Assembly (NCBI GenBank): GCA_004298615.1 | Contig: SCPX01000070.1 | Coordinates: 1 to 62,847 of the forward strand | Origin: Patescibacteria group bacterium | GTDB lineage: Bacteria > Patescibacteriota > Patescibacteriia > SCPX01 | Length of the DNA: 62,847 nt | Direction: 5' to 3' | Shown: positions 1 through 8,580 of the stretch, piece by piece | Layout of the letters: each line of letters opens with the position of its first letter | Numbering within the stretch: position 1 is the first letter of the stretch | Position numbers and translations under genes: made by a program | Notes under the pieces: generated by a model | Told to the model about the DNA's origin: nothing | Seen by the model: the letters and a program-made list of their open reading frames with translations, nothing else | Databases searched by the model: none

Positions 1-1
1 C

Positions 2-802
2 GGTAATTTACTTTTTTTCAATAACGGAGCTAATATCATATCTAAGTCAAATATCATCCTATTTCAAGATACTTCCGGCTCTCGTATGGCCGGTATTTAT
101 AAAATTAACCCGGGGGTACCTGAGGGGCCATCAAGCACGGGTGCAAACTTTCTGATAGTAAACGGAACTATTAACGCTAAAGAGCTCAATGCTTCAACTA
201 ATCCATCGGGATTTGGCAAAATCTGTCTAAATGGCACTTGTCACACATCGTGGTCTACGGTAACGCCGGACACGGACACTCAAGATCTTGCATATAACAG
301 CACTACTGGCGAACTTACGCTTACCAATAGCCCGTCCGTTACCATAACCAGCGGAGGCGGAGGAGGCGGAATAACGGAAATAGTTGATGGAGATGGAGCC
401 GGAGGCATTTCTGTTGTATCGGGAACCGGCCCTGTCGTGTCTCTCAGCGCAATCGGCGGATCAACCGGGGTTTCAAAAATCAATGTCGGAACGGGGCTGT
501 CAATAACATCAACGCCCACAACGGGTAATCCCACATCCGGAACGGGCGAGGTGACGATAAACATGAGCGGGAGTAGTTTATCAACTCTCAATATGGCAAT
601 AAATACTATGTGTGGTTCTACTGCAACCGTCGATTGCACTGCTGGTTATACTTTAATGGGTGGCGGTGCATCTATGGTTGATGGTGGTTGCGGCGGTGGA
701 ACGATGGATTGGTTTTACTCCATGCCTGAAGGTAATGGTTGGAAATGCGGATGGGATGAAGGAACCGCAATATGCTATGCTATTTGCGTGAAAATACAAT
801 AA
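2..802 (+). CDS. C-terminal part of a larger secreted/surface protein (5' end outside window); Gly/Thr-rich with a Cys-rich C-terminal module
   Basis: The frame of ORF 86..802 stays open back to position 2 with no stop, so the listed Met is probably internal. No family recognised. Confidence 0.5.
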   Translation, partial: GNLLFFNNGANIISKSNIILFQDTSGSRMAGIYKINPGVPEGPSSTGANFLIVNGTINAKELNASTNPSGFGKICLNGTCHTSWSTVTPDTDTQDLAYNSTTGELTLTNSPSVTITSGGGGGGITEIVDGDGAGGISVVSGTGPVVSLSAIGGSTGVSKINVGTGLSITSTPTTGNPTSGTGEVTINMSGSSLSTLNMAINTMCGSTATVDCTAGYTLMGGGASMVDGGCGGGTMDWFYSMPEGNGWKCGWDEGTAICYAICVKIQ

Positions 803-1390
803 TTCAATCGTTAATTTTATCGACTTCTATCGGCCTAAGGAAAGGTTTCCGATATTTTAAAAATTAATTACCTTAATAAACAATAGATCAAATAACAATA
901 GTTCGATTTTGGCAAGCCGCTGTTTGTTAATGATTAAAAGTTAACACAATAGAATACCGGAGGAGGCGCCGCGGAAGATCTTGAAGACTGGGGATGGAAT
1001 CATCACTAGATGGTCTTAGAATGTTTGCGCGAAATAAGCAAAAATGCGGCGGGTAGGTTGGCCAAAAGCGAATGGAGGCCTGCCTGCCGCAGGCAGGAAT
1101 GCGCCTATCTTGTAGACAAAAAACGATTTGACGAATGCGCCCGCCCGCCAATGCCTTTTAATTTAGATCCGAATATTTTCATTCGCTGAAATATAAGCGC
1201 AAGAAGTAATAAAAACCTGCAAAAGGCTATGGCGTGCGGGCCGCCGATACGCAGTAATAATATTATCAGACATCCGGCGATCGCTTGATCTCTGATAAGC
1301 TTGCAATTCCCTTATATTAACGACGGCTGGTTGGCGTTTTAGGGGATTTGGAGAATGTCTGAAGACGGGGAAACAGCGCCAGACATAGGA

Positions 1391-1419
1391 TTGAAATTTT
1401 TGGTTTGGCGTGGTATAAT
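1391..1419 (+). promoter_or_regulatory. sigma70-type promoter (TTGAAA, 17 nt spacer, TGgTATAAT)
   Basis: -35 ttgaaa at 1391-1396, 17-nt spacer, extended -10 tggtataat ending at 1419. It lies about 20 nt upstream of the ATG at 1440. Confidence 0.5.
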
Positions 1420-1439
1420 GCTTCGGATACGCAGTATTT

Positions 1440-1877
1440 ATGCCATCGCCATTATCGGTAAAAAACAATTTAAAAGGGTTTTTGATTGTAACAGGCTGTT
1501 CCGCTGTCCTGTTTTTTTTATTGGTTTATTTTGTTTATCAAATTGACGAAGCGAAAAGAGTGGGAACGGCAGTCCCCAAATATTCGGCTAATGAATTTAT
1601 CAGGCTTAACGAGAAAATCACGGAAAGATACGCGATATTGTCTGATGAGCGAAAAAAGTTAGCTGCGGAAACGGAAAAAATAATTTTAGAGCGTCGGACG
1701 GACTTGCAGAAAAAAATTTTCCAGCAAAAAGTTTCCAAAGCGATTCAAAAGACAATCACTCCTTCACTCGCGCCAACACCCGTCAAGACCTCCGCTCAAA
1801 CGACTAATAGAGCTCCGGCCGTTACCCAGGCGCCCAAGCCAGCCGCAATTCCTCGCCCCCGTACGACGGTTTCTTAA
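1440..1877 (+). CDS. hypothetical membrane-anchored protein (N-terminal TM helix, Lys/Glu-rich helix, Pro/Ala/Thr-rich tail)
   Basis: ORF with a hydrophobic N-terminus (LIVTGCSAVLFFLLVYFVY) and a promoter just upstream. No family recognised. Confidence 0.55.
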   Translation: MPSPLSVKNNLKGFLIVTGCSAVLFFLLVYFVYQIDEAKRVGTAVPKYSANEFIRLNEKITERYAILSDERKKLAAETEKIILERRTDLQKKIFQQKVSKAIQKTITPSLAPTPVKTSAQTTNRAPAVTQAPKPAAIPRPRTTVS

Positions 1878-1880
1878 ATT

Positions 1881-2429
1881 ATGAAATTACGCAAATTTAC
1901 ATTTATCATTATTTTTTCCGCGATTTTGACCGGCTTGTTTTTGATTGGGACGCATTCTTACGCCGATGACGACGAATCGGAGAAAAAAGCGCTGGAAAGG
2001 CGATGGGAAGAGGCGAAGAAAAATGCCGAGAAGCAGGGCGAAGCGGCTAAGAAAGCTTTGGAAAAACAAATTGAAGATGAAAAAGAAGAATACGAAGAAT
2101 CAAAGAAAAATGAAAAAACCGAACAGAAAAGAATAGAAAGTCCGTCCATTTCCCCGCAACCGGAGCAAGCAACGCAAACTGTCCAGACTGAACAAATAAT
2201 TATAGAGAGAACACCCAAAGATTTAGACGGCGATTTTGTGCCGGATGAATTTGATCTTTATCCGGGCGGGGATGATTTTTCATATTTAATTGACTCGGAT
2301 AAAGACGGAGCGGTGGACGCATTAGACAAGTACCCGGGCGAAAATGATGCGGTTTATTCGGTGATAGACGCTGATGAAAACGGGATTGTTGACGAGGTGG
2401 AAAATCTAGCCAACTCATTAAAGCAATAA
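1881..2429 (+). CDS. secreted acidic protein with Asp-rich calcium-binding (thrombospondin type 3-like) repeats
   Basis: Signal-like N-terminus and a charged coiled region. DxDxDG-type repeats: DLDGDFVPDEFD, DSDKDGAVDALD, DADENGIVDEVE. Confidence 0.6.
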   Translation: MKLRKFTFIIIFSAILTGLFLIGTHSYADDDESEKKALERRWEEAKKNAEKQGEAAKKALEKQIEDEKEEYEESKKNEKTEQKRIESPSISPQPEQATQTVQTEQIIIERTPKDLDGDFVPDEFDLYPGGDDFSYLIDSDKDGAVDALDKYPGENDAVYSVIDADENGIVDEVENLANSLKQ

Positions 2430-2440
2430 AAGACAACGCA

Positions 2441-3399
2441 ATGAGCCGGACAGCATTTTCAAATACTATCAAAGCGATGAATACTGATGTTTGCGCCGTG
2501 ATTGTTTGCGATGATGAGGTATCGGCAAAACATGAATTTGAAAAAATAAGAGAGGAAATAATAGCCCTTGAAAACCGCTTCAGTCGGTTTAAAGAATACA
2601 GCGAATTAAGCAAACTGAATGAATCGGCCGGCGGATTTTTTCAAGCCAGCAATGAAATGATTGAATTGCTTTTACGCGCCAAGAAATCTTATGAAATGAC
2701 CTTTGGAATTTTTAATCCGGCCATTTTGCCGGTTTTGAAAAAAATCGGTTACGATAAAACTTTTGATAAAATTAAAGAGAAAAAAATGAGATAAATATAA
2801 AACAAATCCAAGAAGATTTTTCAAAGCTGCCAAAATTTAGAGATACCATTATTGATGATCAAAAGAATATTGTAAAACTGCCAAAAGGAATGAGGTTTGA
2901 TTTAGGAGGGATTGCCAAGGGATTTATTGTTGACAAGCTGGCAACACCGCTTAAAAACCGCTATGAAAATTTTTGGATTTCCGCGGGCGGTGACATGTAT
3001 ATTTGCGGGCAGGATCAGCAGAGCAAAAATTGGCAAGTCGGAGTCCAAAATCCGTTGAAGCACAATCAAGACATTTTGTCATTACATATTCCTAAAGAGG
3101 GAAAAGCGGTGGCGACATCGGGCACAACTAAAAGACGGGGTAAATCGGGCGATTTTTTCTGGCATCATTTGATTGATCCAAGGACAGGTCTACCGGCGGA
3201 CAATAGCATTCTGGCCGCAACAGTTATCGCTGATTCTGTTTGGCTGGCCGATGTTTTGGCGAAAACCGCCCTGATTTTGGGGAAAAAAGAGGGGATTAAT
3301 TTGTTTGATAATTTTCCGCAGGCCGAGGGATTGCTGATTGACAATAATTTGGATATTTTCTTCTCTTCAAAAATAAAAGATTATGTTTTGGAAAAATAA
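2441..3399 (+). pseudogene. apbE: FAD:protein FMN transferase (ApbE family), interrupted by a frameshift in an A7 run
   Basis: ORFs 2441..2794 and 2890..3399 are the N- and C-terminal halves of ApbE (FNPAILPVLKKIGYDKTFD; RFDLGGIAKGFIVDKLA; HHLIDPRTGLP). Frame 1 is open from 2776. The frames meet at aaaaaaa 2780-2786. Confidence 0.75.
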
Positions 3400-4261
3400 A
3401 ATTTTAATTTTATCTGCGCTTTTGCTTGTTGTTTACGGATTCAGCATTTTATCCGTTCCAAACGAAGTTTTGGCGCAGGAGAAAAAATTTTTATATCAAG
3501 ATTCGCCGCCCAAAGATACTGATCTTGACGGTTTGACTGATTAAGGAGAAAATCTGTCGTTTAAAACCAATCCGACTCTTCCGGATACGGACGGCGACGG
3601 CTTTTCGGACAGCACTGAAGTTTTGATGGGAAGCGATCCGCTCAATCCTTACGATCCGGGTGATTTCGGCGCGGAAATTCGGACGGGGTACGCGCAGGAG
3701 ATTCCCTGGCCCTGGTATATTTCGCGGGCGAGCGGACTTTTGAGTTATTTCCTGCTTTTTACCCTAATAGTTTTAGGCGTAGGAATCAAAACCAGGATTA
3801 TTTATAAAATAATCAATGCGGCTTCGGCCTTGGCCGCACACCGTTTTATCGGAATCATATTGTCAATAACCATCGCGATTCATCTGATTTCTTTGCTTTT
3901 TGACAAATATCTGAAATTCACCGTCATTGATATTTTGGTTCCATTCGTTTCGTGGTATCGGCCGCTTTATGTCGGATTTGGCGTTGTGGCGTTTTATCTG
4001 TTTTTAGCCGTCATCATCACTTCTCTTTTTTTCCGCCTCAAATGGCCGTGGCTCTGGCGGCTCTTGCATTATTTGACATACCCCGTATTTTTTCTTATTT
4101 TTCAGCATGGTATTTTCTCCGGCACAGACGCCAAAACGGATCTTATGGTAAATTCTTATTGGATCACCGGATCAATCGCGGCAGTTTTAATATTATTCCG
4201 TCTTTATCATTATTGGCGCAAAATCCGATCAGCCGGTAAAATTATAAATGCAACCGTATGA
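3383..4261 (+). pseudogene. signal peptide + TSP3-like Asp repeats + ferric-reductase/YedZ-like heme-b membrane domain, with an in-frame TAA at 3541-3543
   Basis: ATG 3383 gives MFWKNKILILSALLLVVYGF...DTDLDGLTD, then TAA. The same frame continues GENLSFKTNPTLPDTDGDGFSDSTEVLMGSDPLNPYDP into ORF 3623..4261, a multi-TM region with conserved His (AAHRFIG, IAIHLIS, LHYLTYP, FQHG). Confidence 0.55.
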
Positions 4262-4728
4262 AATTTTTTTTAATCAATTATAAAAATGCGATCGTATTCG
4301 CCGGAATTATCATCGCGGCCATAGCGGTAGTTGCCGCCGTAAAACTGTCAATTCATACGGATCTCCCGGTTCTTCCGCGCGACGCCATTGAAATTGTTTT
4401 ATCCAAATCCCAATATGCGGTCGGCGAAGAAATTTATTTCGGAATATTGAACAATACGGATCGGATTTTGCAAATTGAAAATGAGTGTCCGAGAGAACCG
4501 CTGGAGATTTATAAATTATCAGGCAGCTACTGGCAGCACATAAGGGGCGAGGCCGAGGTAAAATGCTCGCAAAAACACATTGCCTTGGATCCCGGGGAAT
4601 TGAAAGGCGCGTCTTTTTTGCCGTGGCAGAAGATTCTTTTTAATTCGGTCGGTACTTATAAAATAGTCGTAGAAGTTGAGGGATACAAGGGTGAGTTTGA
4701 AAAGATTTTTACAATCATTCAGCAGTAA
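4258..4728 (+). CDS. hypothetical membrane-anchored protein
   Basis: ATGA start/stop overlap with the upstream gene. N-terminal TM helix. No family recognised. Confidence 0.55.
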   Translation: MKFFLINYKNAIVFAGIIIAAIAVVAAVKLSIHTDLPVLPRDAIEIVLSKSQYAVGEEIYFGILNNTDRILQIENECPREPLEIYKLSGSYWQHIRGEAEVKCSQKHIALDPGELKGASFLPWQKILFNSVGTYKIVVEVEGYKGEFEKIFTIIQQ

Positions 4729-4774
4729 TGAATCGGACATTGCTAATCGCGTCTTTTTGCGGTATGATTGAGGA

Positions 4775-5137
4775 ATGACGGCTCAATCCGTAAAAAATCT
4801 TTGCAAAAGTTTTAAATATGCGGCTTCCGGCTTTGCATATGTATTCAAGCATGAAAGAAATTTCAGAATACAGGTCGTGGCGGCGGTCTTGGTCATAATA
4901 CTGATGATCGTTTTTCCTCTTAGAACTTTGGAAAGAATAGCGCTTTCGCTGGTCATTACTTTTGTTTTGGTCTTGGAGCTGATAAACACGATAATGGAGA
5001 AAATAGTTGATATCCTGAAGCCGCGCATCCACCATTATGTTGAAATCATAAAAGATATGATGGCCGCGGCTGTGCTGATCGCCTCTGTCGGAGCGCTGGT
5101 TGTGGGAATTCTGATTTTTTGGCCCTATCTTTTTTAG
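4775..5137 (+). CDS. dgkA: diacylglycerol/undecaprenol kinase (DgkA family)
   Basis: 120 aa with 3 TM helices. Motifs ELINTIMEKIVD and IIKDMMAAAVL resemble the prokaryotic DAGK family. Confidence 0.8.
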   Translation: MTAQSVKNLCKSFKYAASGFAYVFKHERNFRIQVVAAVLVIILMIVFPLRTLERIALSLVITFVLVLELINTIMEKIVDILKPRIHHYVEIIKDMMAAAVLIASVGALVVGILIFWPYLF

Positions 5138-5190
5138 CCGTTTTTAAAAGCCTTTGCTTAATTTTTGAATTGTGGTAAAATAAATGCAAT

Positions 5191-6432
5191 ATGTCACGCA
5201 ATCCTCAATTCGCTTCAATTGATATAGGCTCTACCGCCATCAGAGTGGTAGTAGGCCAAAAGCGGGAAGCCAATGAATCCATCCAAATCATTGCCGCATC
5301 CGAACACTCTTCCGAAGGAGTGGCGCGCGGTATTATTACGAGTATTGAAGATGCGACCGGCAGTATTTCCGCCGCTCTTGAAAAATGCGAGCGGATGTGC
5401 GGATCGCCCATTGAAACGGCCGTAATCGGTATTTCCGGCAGCCAAGCATTGGTCAATACTTCAAAAGGAATCACGGCCATAGCCAAAGCCAATGGCGAAA
5501 TTTCTCCGGAAGATGTGGAAAGAGCCATTGAAGCCGCGGAAGTGGTGGCCGTGCCGCCGAATTACAAATTGCTGCATAATATACCGAAAAATTTTACAGT
5601 AGACGGGCAATCGGGTATAAAAGATCCGATCGGTATGACCGGAAGCCGTTTGGAAGTGGAAACTCAAGTAATTCATTGCCTGTCCAGCCATATTGAAAAT
5701 GTTTCCAAATGCGCCACGCGGGCCGGAGTGGAAATTTCCGAAATGGTGCTGGGGATTTTGGCCGCCAGCGAAGCCGTGACCACCAGCCGCCAGCGAGATC
5801 TGGGCGTGGCGGTTGTCAATATCGGCGCTCAAGCCACCAATGTCGCCGTGTACGAAAACGGCGATTTGATCCATTTAGGCACGATTCCGGTCGGCGGCGC
5901 CCATTTTACCAATGATATTGCCATCGGACTGCGCGTATCAATAGATTTGGCGGAAAAAGTGAAGCTTGGCTATGGCACAGTTTTGCCGAATGATGTTTCC
6001 AAACACGATGAAGTTGATTTGTCCGAATTCGGAGCCGAGTCTTTGGAGCGCGTTTCGCACAAGCATATAGCTGAAATATTGGAAGCGCGATCCGAAGAAT
6101 TGTTTTCTTTAGTCAATAAAGAATTGGCCAAAGCGCGCCGGGCTGGGCTTTTGCCGGCCGGAGTGGCGCTCACCGGCGGCGGGAGCAAATTGCCGGGATT
6201 GGCGGAAGCGGCCAAGAAAGATTTGAAATTGCCGGCTAGCGCCGGATCGGTTGAAGTGCTGACAGCCGTTGATAAAGTCAATGATCCGCAATTTTCTACC
6301 GCGGTCGGGCTGATTTTATGGACCGCCAAATATTCCGGATACGAAGGAGGCCGCCGTTTCAGAATTCCGTTTCTTTCGTTCGGCGGAATGACCGACAAAG
6401 TTCGCAAATTCGTTAAGACTCTAATGCCTTGA
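5191..6432 (+). CDS. ftsA: cell division protein FtsA
   Basis: Actin-like ATPase motifs (IDIGSTAIRVVVG; VVNIGAQATNVAVY; LTGGGSKLPGL). Located directly upstream of ftsZ. Confidence 0.93.
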   Translation: MSRNPQFASIDIGSTAIRVVVGQKREANESIQIIAASEHSSEGVARGIITSIEDATGSISAALEKCERMCGSPIETAVIGISGSQALVNTSKGITAIAKANGEISPEDVERAIEAAEVVAVPPNYKLLHNIPKNFTVDGQSGIKDPIGMTGSRLEVETQVIHCLSSHIENVSKCATRAGVEISEMVLGILAASEAVTTSRQRDLGVAVVNIGAQATNVAVYENGDLIHLGTIPVGGAHFTNDIAIGLRVSIDLAEKVKLGYGTVLPNDVSKHDEVDLSEFGAESLERVSHKHIAEILEARSEELFSLVNKELAKARRAGLLPAGVALTGGGSKLPGLAEAAKKDLKLPASAGSVEVLTAVDKVNDPQFSTAVGLILWTAKYSGYEGGRRFRIPFLSFGGMTDKVRKFVKTLMP

Positions 6433-6474
6433 CGCTCGCTATTAAGGCTTGTATAATATCGCTATTGATAAACT

Positions 6475-7695
6475 ATGAAAATCAATACATTTAAACAACA
6501 GGCAACTGAAGTAAAGCCGGCGATTGATACTTTTGCCAAGATCAAAGTGGTTGGTATTGGCGGGGCGGGCGGCGAAGCCATAAATCGCATGATCGGGTCA
6601 AAGATCCGCGGCGTTGATTTTATAACCGTAAATACGGACGCGCAAGCTTTGCATCACTCAAAAGCGCAGATAAAAATCCATGTCGGAAAAACAGCGACCA
6701 GAGGTCTGGGCGCCGGAATGGATCCGGAAATCGGACGCCGGGCCGCCGAAGAAAGCCAGGAAGAATTGCACGATCATTTAAAGGGCGCCGATATGGTCTT
6801 TATCACTTGCGGTTTGGGCGGAGGCACGGGTACGGGAGCAGGGCCGATTGTGGCGGAAATCGCGAGGGATTTGGGAGCTTTGACAATCGGTGTCGTCACT
6901 AAGCCATTTGAATTTGAAGGAATGCAGAGAAAAAATGTTGCCGAGCGGGGATTGAGAGAATTTGAGGAAAGAGTGGACGCGCTTATCACAATACCCAATG
7001 ACCGCATTTTACAAGTAATAGATAAAAAAACATCTCTTTTGGACGCTTTTGCGGTAGTTGACGAGGTTTTGCAGCAAGGCGTTTCCGGAATTTCGGATAT
7101 CATCACCACTCCGGGGATAATCAATGTCGATTTTGCCGATGTGAAAGCCATAATGCAGGGGACAGGCTCCGCATTGATGGGAATAGGCATTGCTTCGGGT
7201 GAAAATAGGGCGGTGGAAGCGGCCAAGGCGGCTATTGAAAGCCCGCTTTTGGAGCTTTCCATTGAAGGAGCGCGCGGTATTTTATTTACAATTACCGGAG
7301 GAAAGGATTTGGGAATGTACGAAGTGAACGAAGCGGCCAAAATCATCACGGCCGCGGCTTCTCCTGACGCTAAAATAATTTTTGGCGCGATCGTGGATGA
7401 AGCGCTGGATGACGATGAGATGAAAGTGACGGTGATAGCGACCGGTTTTGGCGGCGAGGGGAGACGGCCGGAGCCGAGAATAGTCAGGCCCATGGTTTTT
7501 GAAAAAGAAGAACCGAAAGAAAATCCCAATCTTTGGCAAAACCAAAAGAGGAAAATACACATAGAGCAGGCTGACGAGCCAAGAACATACCAAAGGCCTC
7601 CGGTTCAGGAAAAACCGGCTGTCCAGAATCAAAACCAGGCAAACCAAGAGGAAGATTTGGAAATTCCGGCATTTATCAGGAAGAAGATGATGTAG
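6475..7695 (+). CDS. ftsZ: cell division GTPase FtsZ
   Basis: IKVVGIGGAGGEAINRM and the tubulin signature GGGTGTGAGP; NTDAQAL. Confidence 0.97.
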   Translation: MKINTFKQQATEVKPAIDTFAKIKVVGIGGAGGEAINRMIGSKIRGVDFITVNTDAQALHHSKAQIKIHVGKTATRGLGAGMDPEIGRRAAEESQEELHDHLKGADMVFITCGLGGGTGTGAGPIVAEIARDLGALTIGVVTKPFEFEGMQRKNVAERGLREFEERVDALITIPNDRILQVIDKKTSLLDAFAVVDEVLQQGVSGISDIITTPGIINVDFADVKAIMQGTGSALMGIGIASGENRAVEAAKAAIESPLLELSIEGARGILFTITGGKDLGMYEVNEAAKIITAAASPDAKIIFGAIVDEALDDDEMKVTVIATGFGGEGRRPEPRIVRPMVFEKEEPKENPNLWQNQKRKIHIEQADEPRTYQRPPVQEKPAVQNQNQANQEEDLEIPAFIRKKMM

Positions 7696-7701
7696 TTAGT
7701 G

Positions 7702-7794
7702 AATCTTGCATCTTGCATCTTGTAACTTATAACTCGCATCTTTTTTATTTTTTTAAGAACGGCAAGATACAAGATGTGAGTTTCGAGTTTTGAG
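7702..7794. repeat. heptad-periodic low-complexity inverted module (atcttgc words / caagata words)
   Basis: atcttgc|atcttgc|atcttgt|aacttat|aactcgc, then a T-run, then caagata|caagatg|tgagttt|cgagttt|tgag. Confidence 0.7.
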
Positions 7795-7872
7795 AAAAAG
7801 TTATCCACAGTTCTAAATTAGGAACTGTTTTTTTACCCTCAAAATTCGGAAAAATAAGGAAAATTAGGACTT

Positions 7873-7901
7873 TTGAACGAAACTAAATATTGTGGTAAAA
7901 T
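7873..7901 (+). promoter_or_regulatory. candidate promoter of the nrdR-nrdJ operon (TTGAAC, 17 nt spacer, TGgTAAAAT)
   Basis: ttgaac at 7873-7878, 17-nt spacer, taaaat at 7896-7901 preceded by tgg. Confidence 0.45.
7880..7895 (+). promoter_or_regulatory. candidate NrdR box 1
   Basis: aaactaaatattgtgg matches about 13 of 16 positions of the NrdR-box consensus acaCwAtATaTwGtgt as I recall it. It overlaps the promoter spacer. Confidence 0.35.
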
Positions 7902-7912
7902 TATATATAAAG

Positions 7913-7928
7913 ACACAAGAGATTGATA
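7913..7928 (+). promoter_or_regulatory. candidate NrdR box 2 (weaker)
   Basis: acacaagagattgata matches about 11 of 16 positions. It starts 33 bp after box 1; tandem boxes are usually about 31-32 bp apart. Confidence 0.25.
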
Positions 7929-8030
7929 AATTGATACTTTTAACTATTTGCCATTAACCTTTGACATTGAAAGTGAAGTGAAATCAATCAATTGTTAAAA
8001 GTTAATGGATAACAGTCAATAGTTGCAACT

Positions 8031-8474
8031 ATGTTCTGCCCTTTTTGCGGCCACACGGATACAAAAGTGATTGATTCAAGGCTTACCGAAGACGGGGGAG
8101 CGATTCGGCGCCGAAGAGAGTGCGAAAAGTGCGGAGAGCGATTTTCCACTTACGAGGAAATGGTGCTTTTAAACATCATGGTGGTAAAAAGAGATGACCG
8201 CAAAGAAGCGTATGAGAGGGAAAAAGTGGAGCAGGGCATCAAAAGGGCGCTGGAAAAAAGACCGATCTCGCACGAAGGATTCAGGAATCTGATAAATCGC
8301 ATTGAAAGGGATATACAAGTCTTGCGCAAAGAAGAAATTAAAAGTTCGGAAATCGGGGAAATAGTGATGAAAGAGCTCAAAACTCTTGACGAGGTCGCCT
8401 ATATCCGTTTCGCGTCGGTCTACAAATCGTTTAAAGATGTGAAAAGTTTTGAAAGGGAATTAAAGAAATTATAA
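8031..8474 (+). CDS. nrdR: transcriptional repressor NrdR
   Basis: MFCPFCGHTDTKVIDSRL...RRRRECEKCGERFSTYE zinc ribbon plus ATP-cone. Confidence 0.95.
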   Translation: MFCPFCGHTDTKVIDSRLTEDGGAIRRRRECEKCGERFSTYEEMVLLNIMVVKRDDRKEAYEREKVEQGIKRALEKRPISHEGFRNLINRIERDIQVLRKEEIKSSEIGEIVMKELKTLDEVAYIRFASVYKSFKDVKSFERELKKL

Positions 8475-8580
8475 TTCATTTCAAATTAAGAGTTAGAAAG
8501 AATAAATCAAGGGAGGGTTTTGTTGTCTCAACAGTGATAACTTGATTCATAATTTTTACATCTTAATTTAAAATAAAATT

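Noticed and set aside
1066-1097. B12-box-like string gaatggaggcctgcc as a second cobalamin riboswitch
   Set aside because: The conserved GGTG..AA.TCC / CCCGC.ACTG core is absent around it, and the downstream gene has no B12 link.
1341-1390. yybP-ykoY (Mn) riboswitch-like GGGGA ... AGACATA
   Set aside because: The span is far too short (about 45 nt), the four-helix architecture is missing, and no Mn-exporter gene lies downstream.
3541-3543. Stop-codon reassignment of TAA
   Set aside because: TAA terminates many well-defined genes here (htrA, SPFH, island genes), so a nonsense mutation or an error is simpler.
6774-7562. Long antisense ORFs inside well-supported genes (e.g. 6774..7562-, 9979..10824-, 17049..17480-, 43813..44523-, 55132..55698-)
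   Set aside because: These are shadow ORFs opposite strongly conserved genes (ftsZ, nrdJ, atpA, dehydrogenase, sufB). Their composition is biased and they show no motifs.
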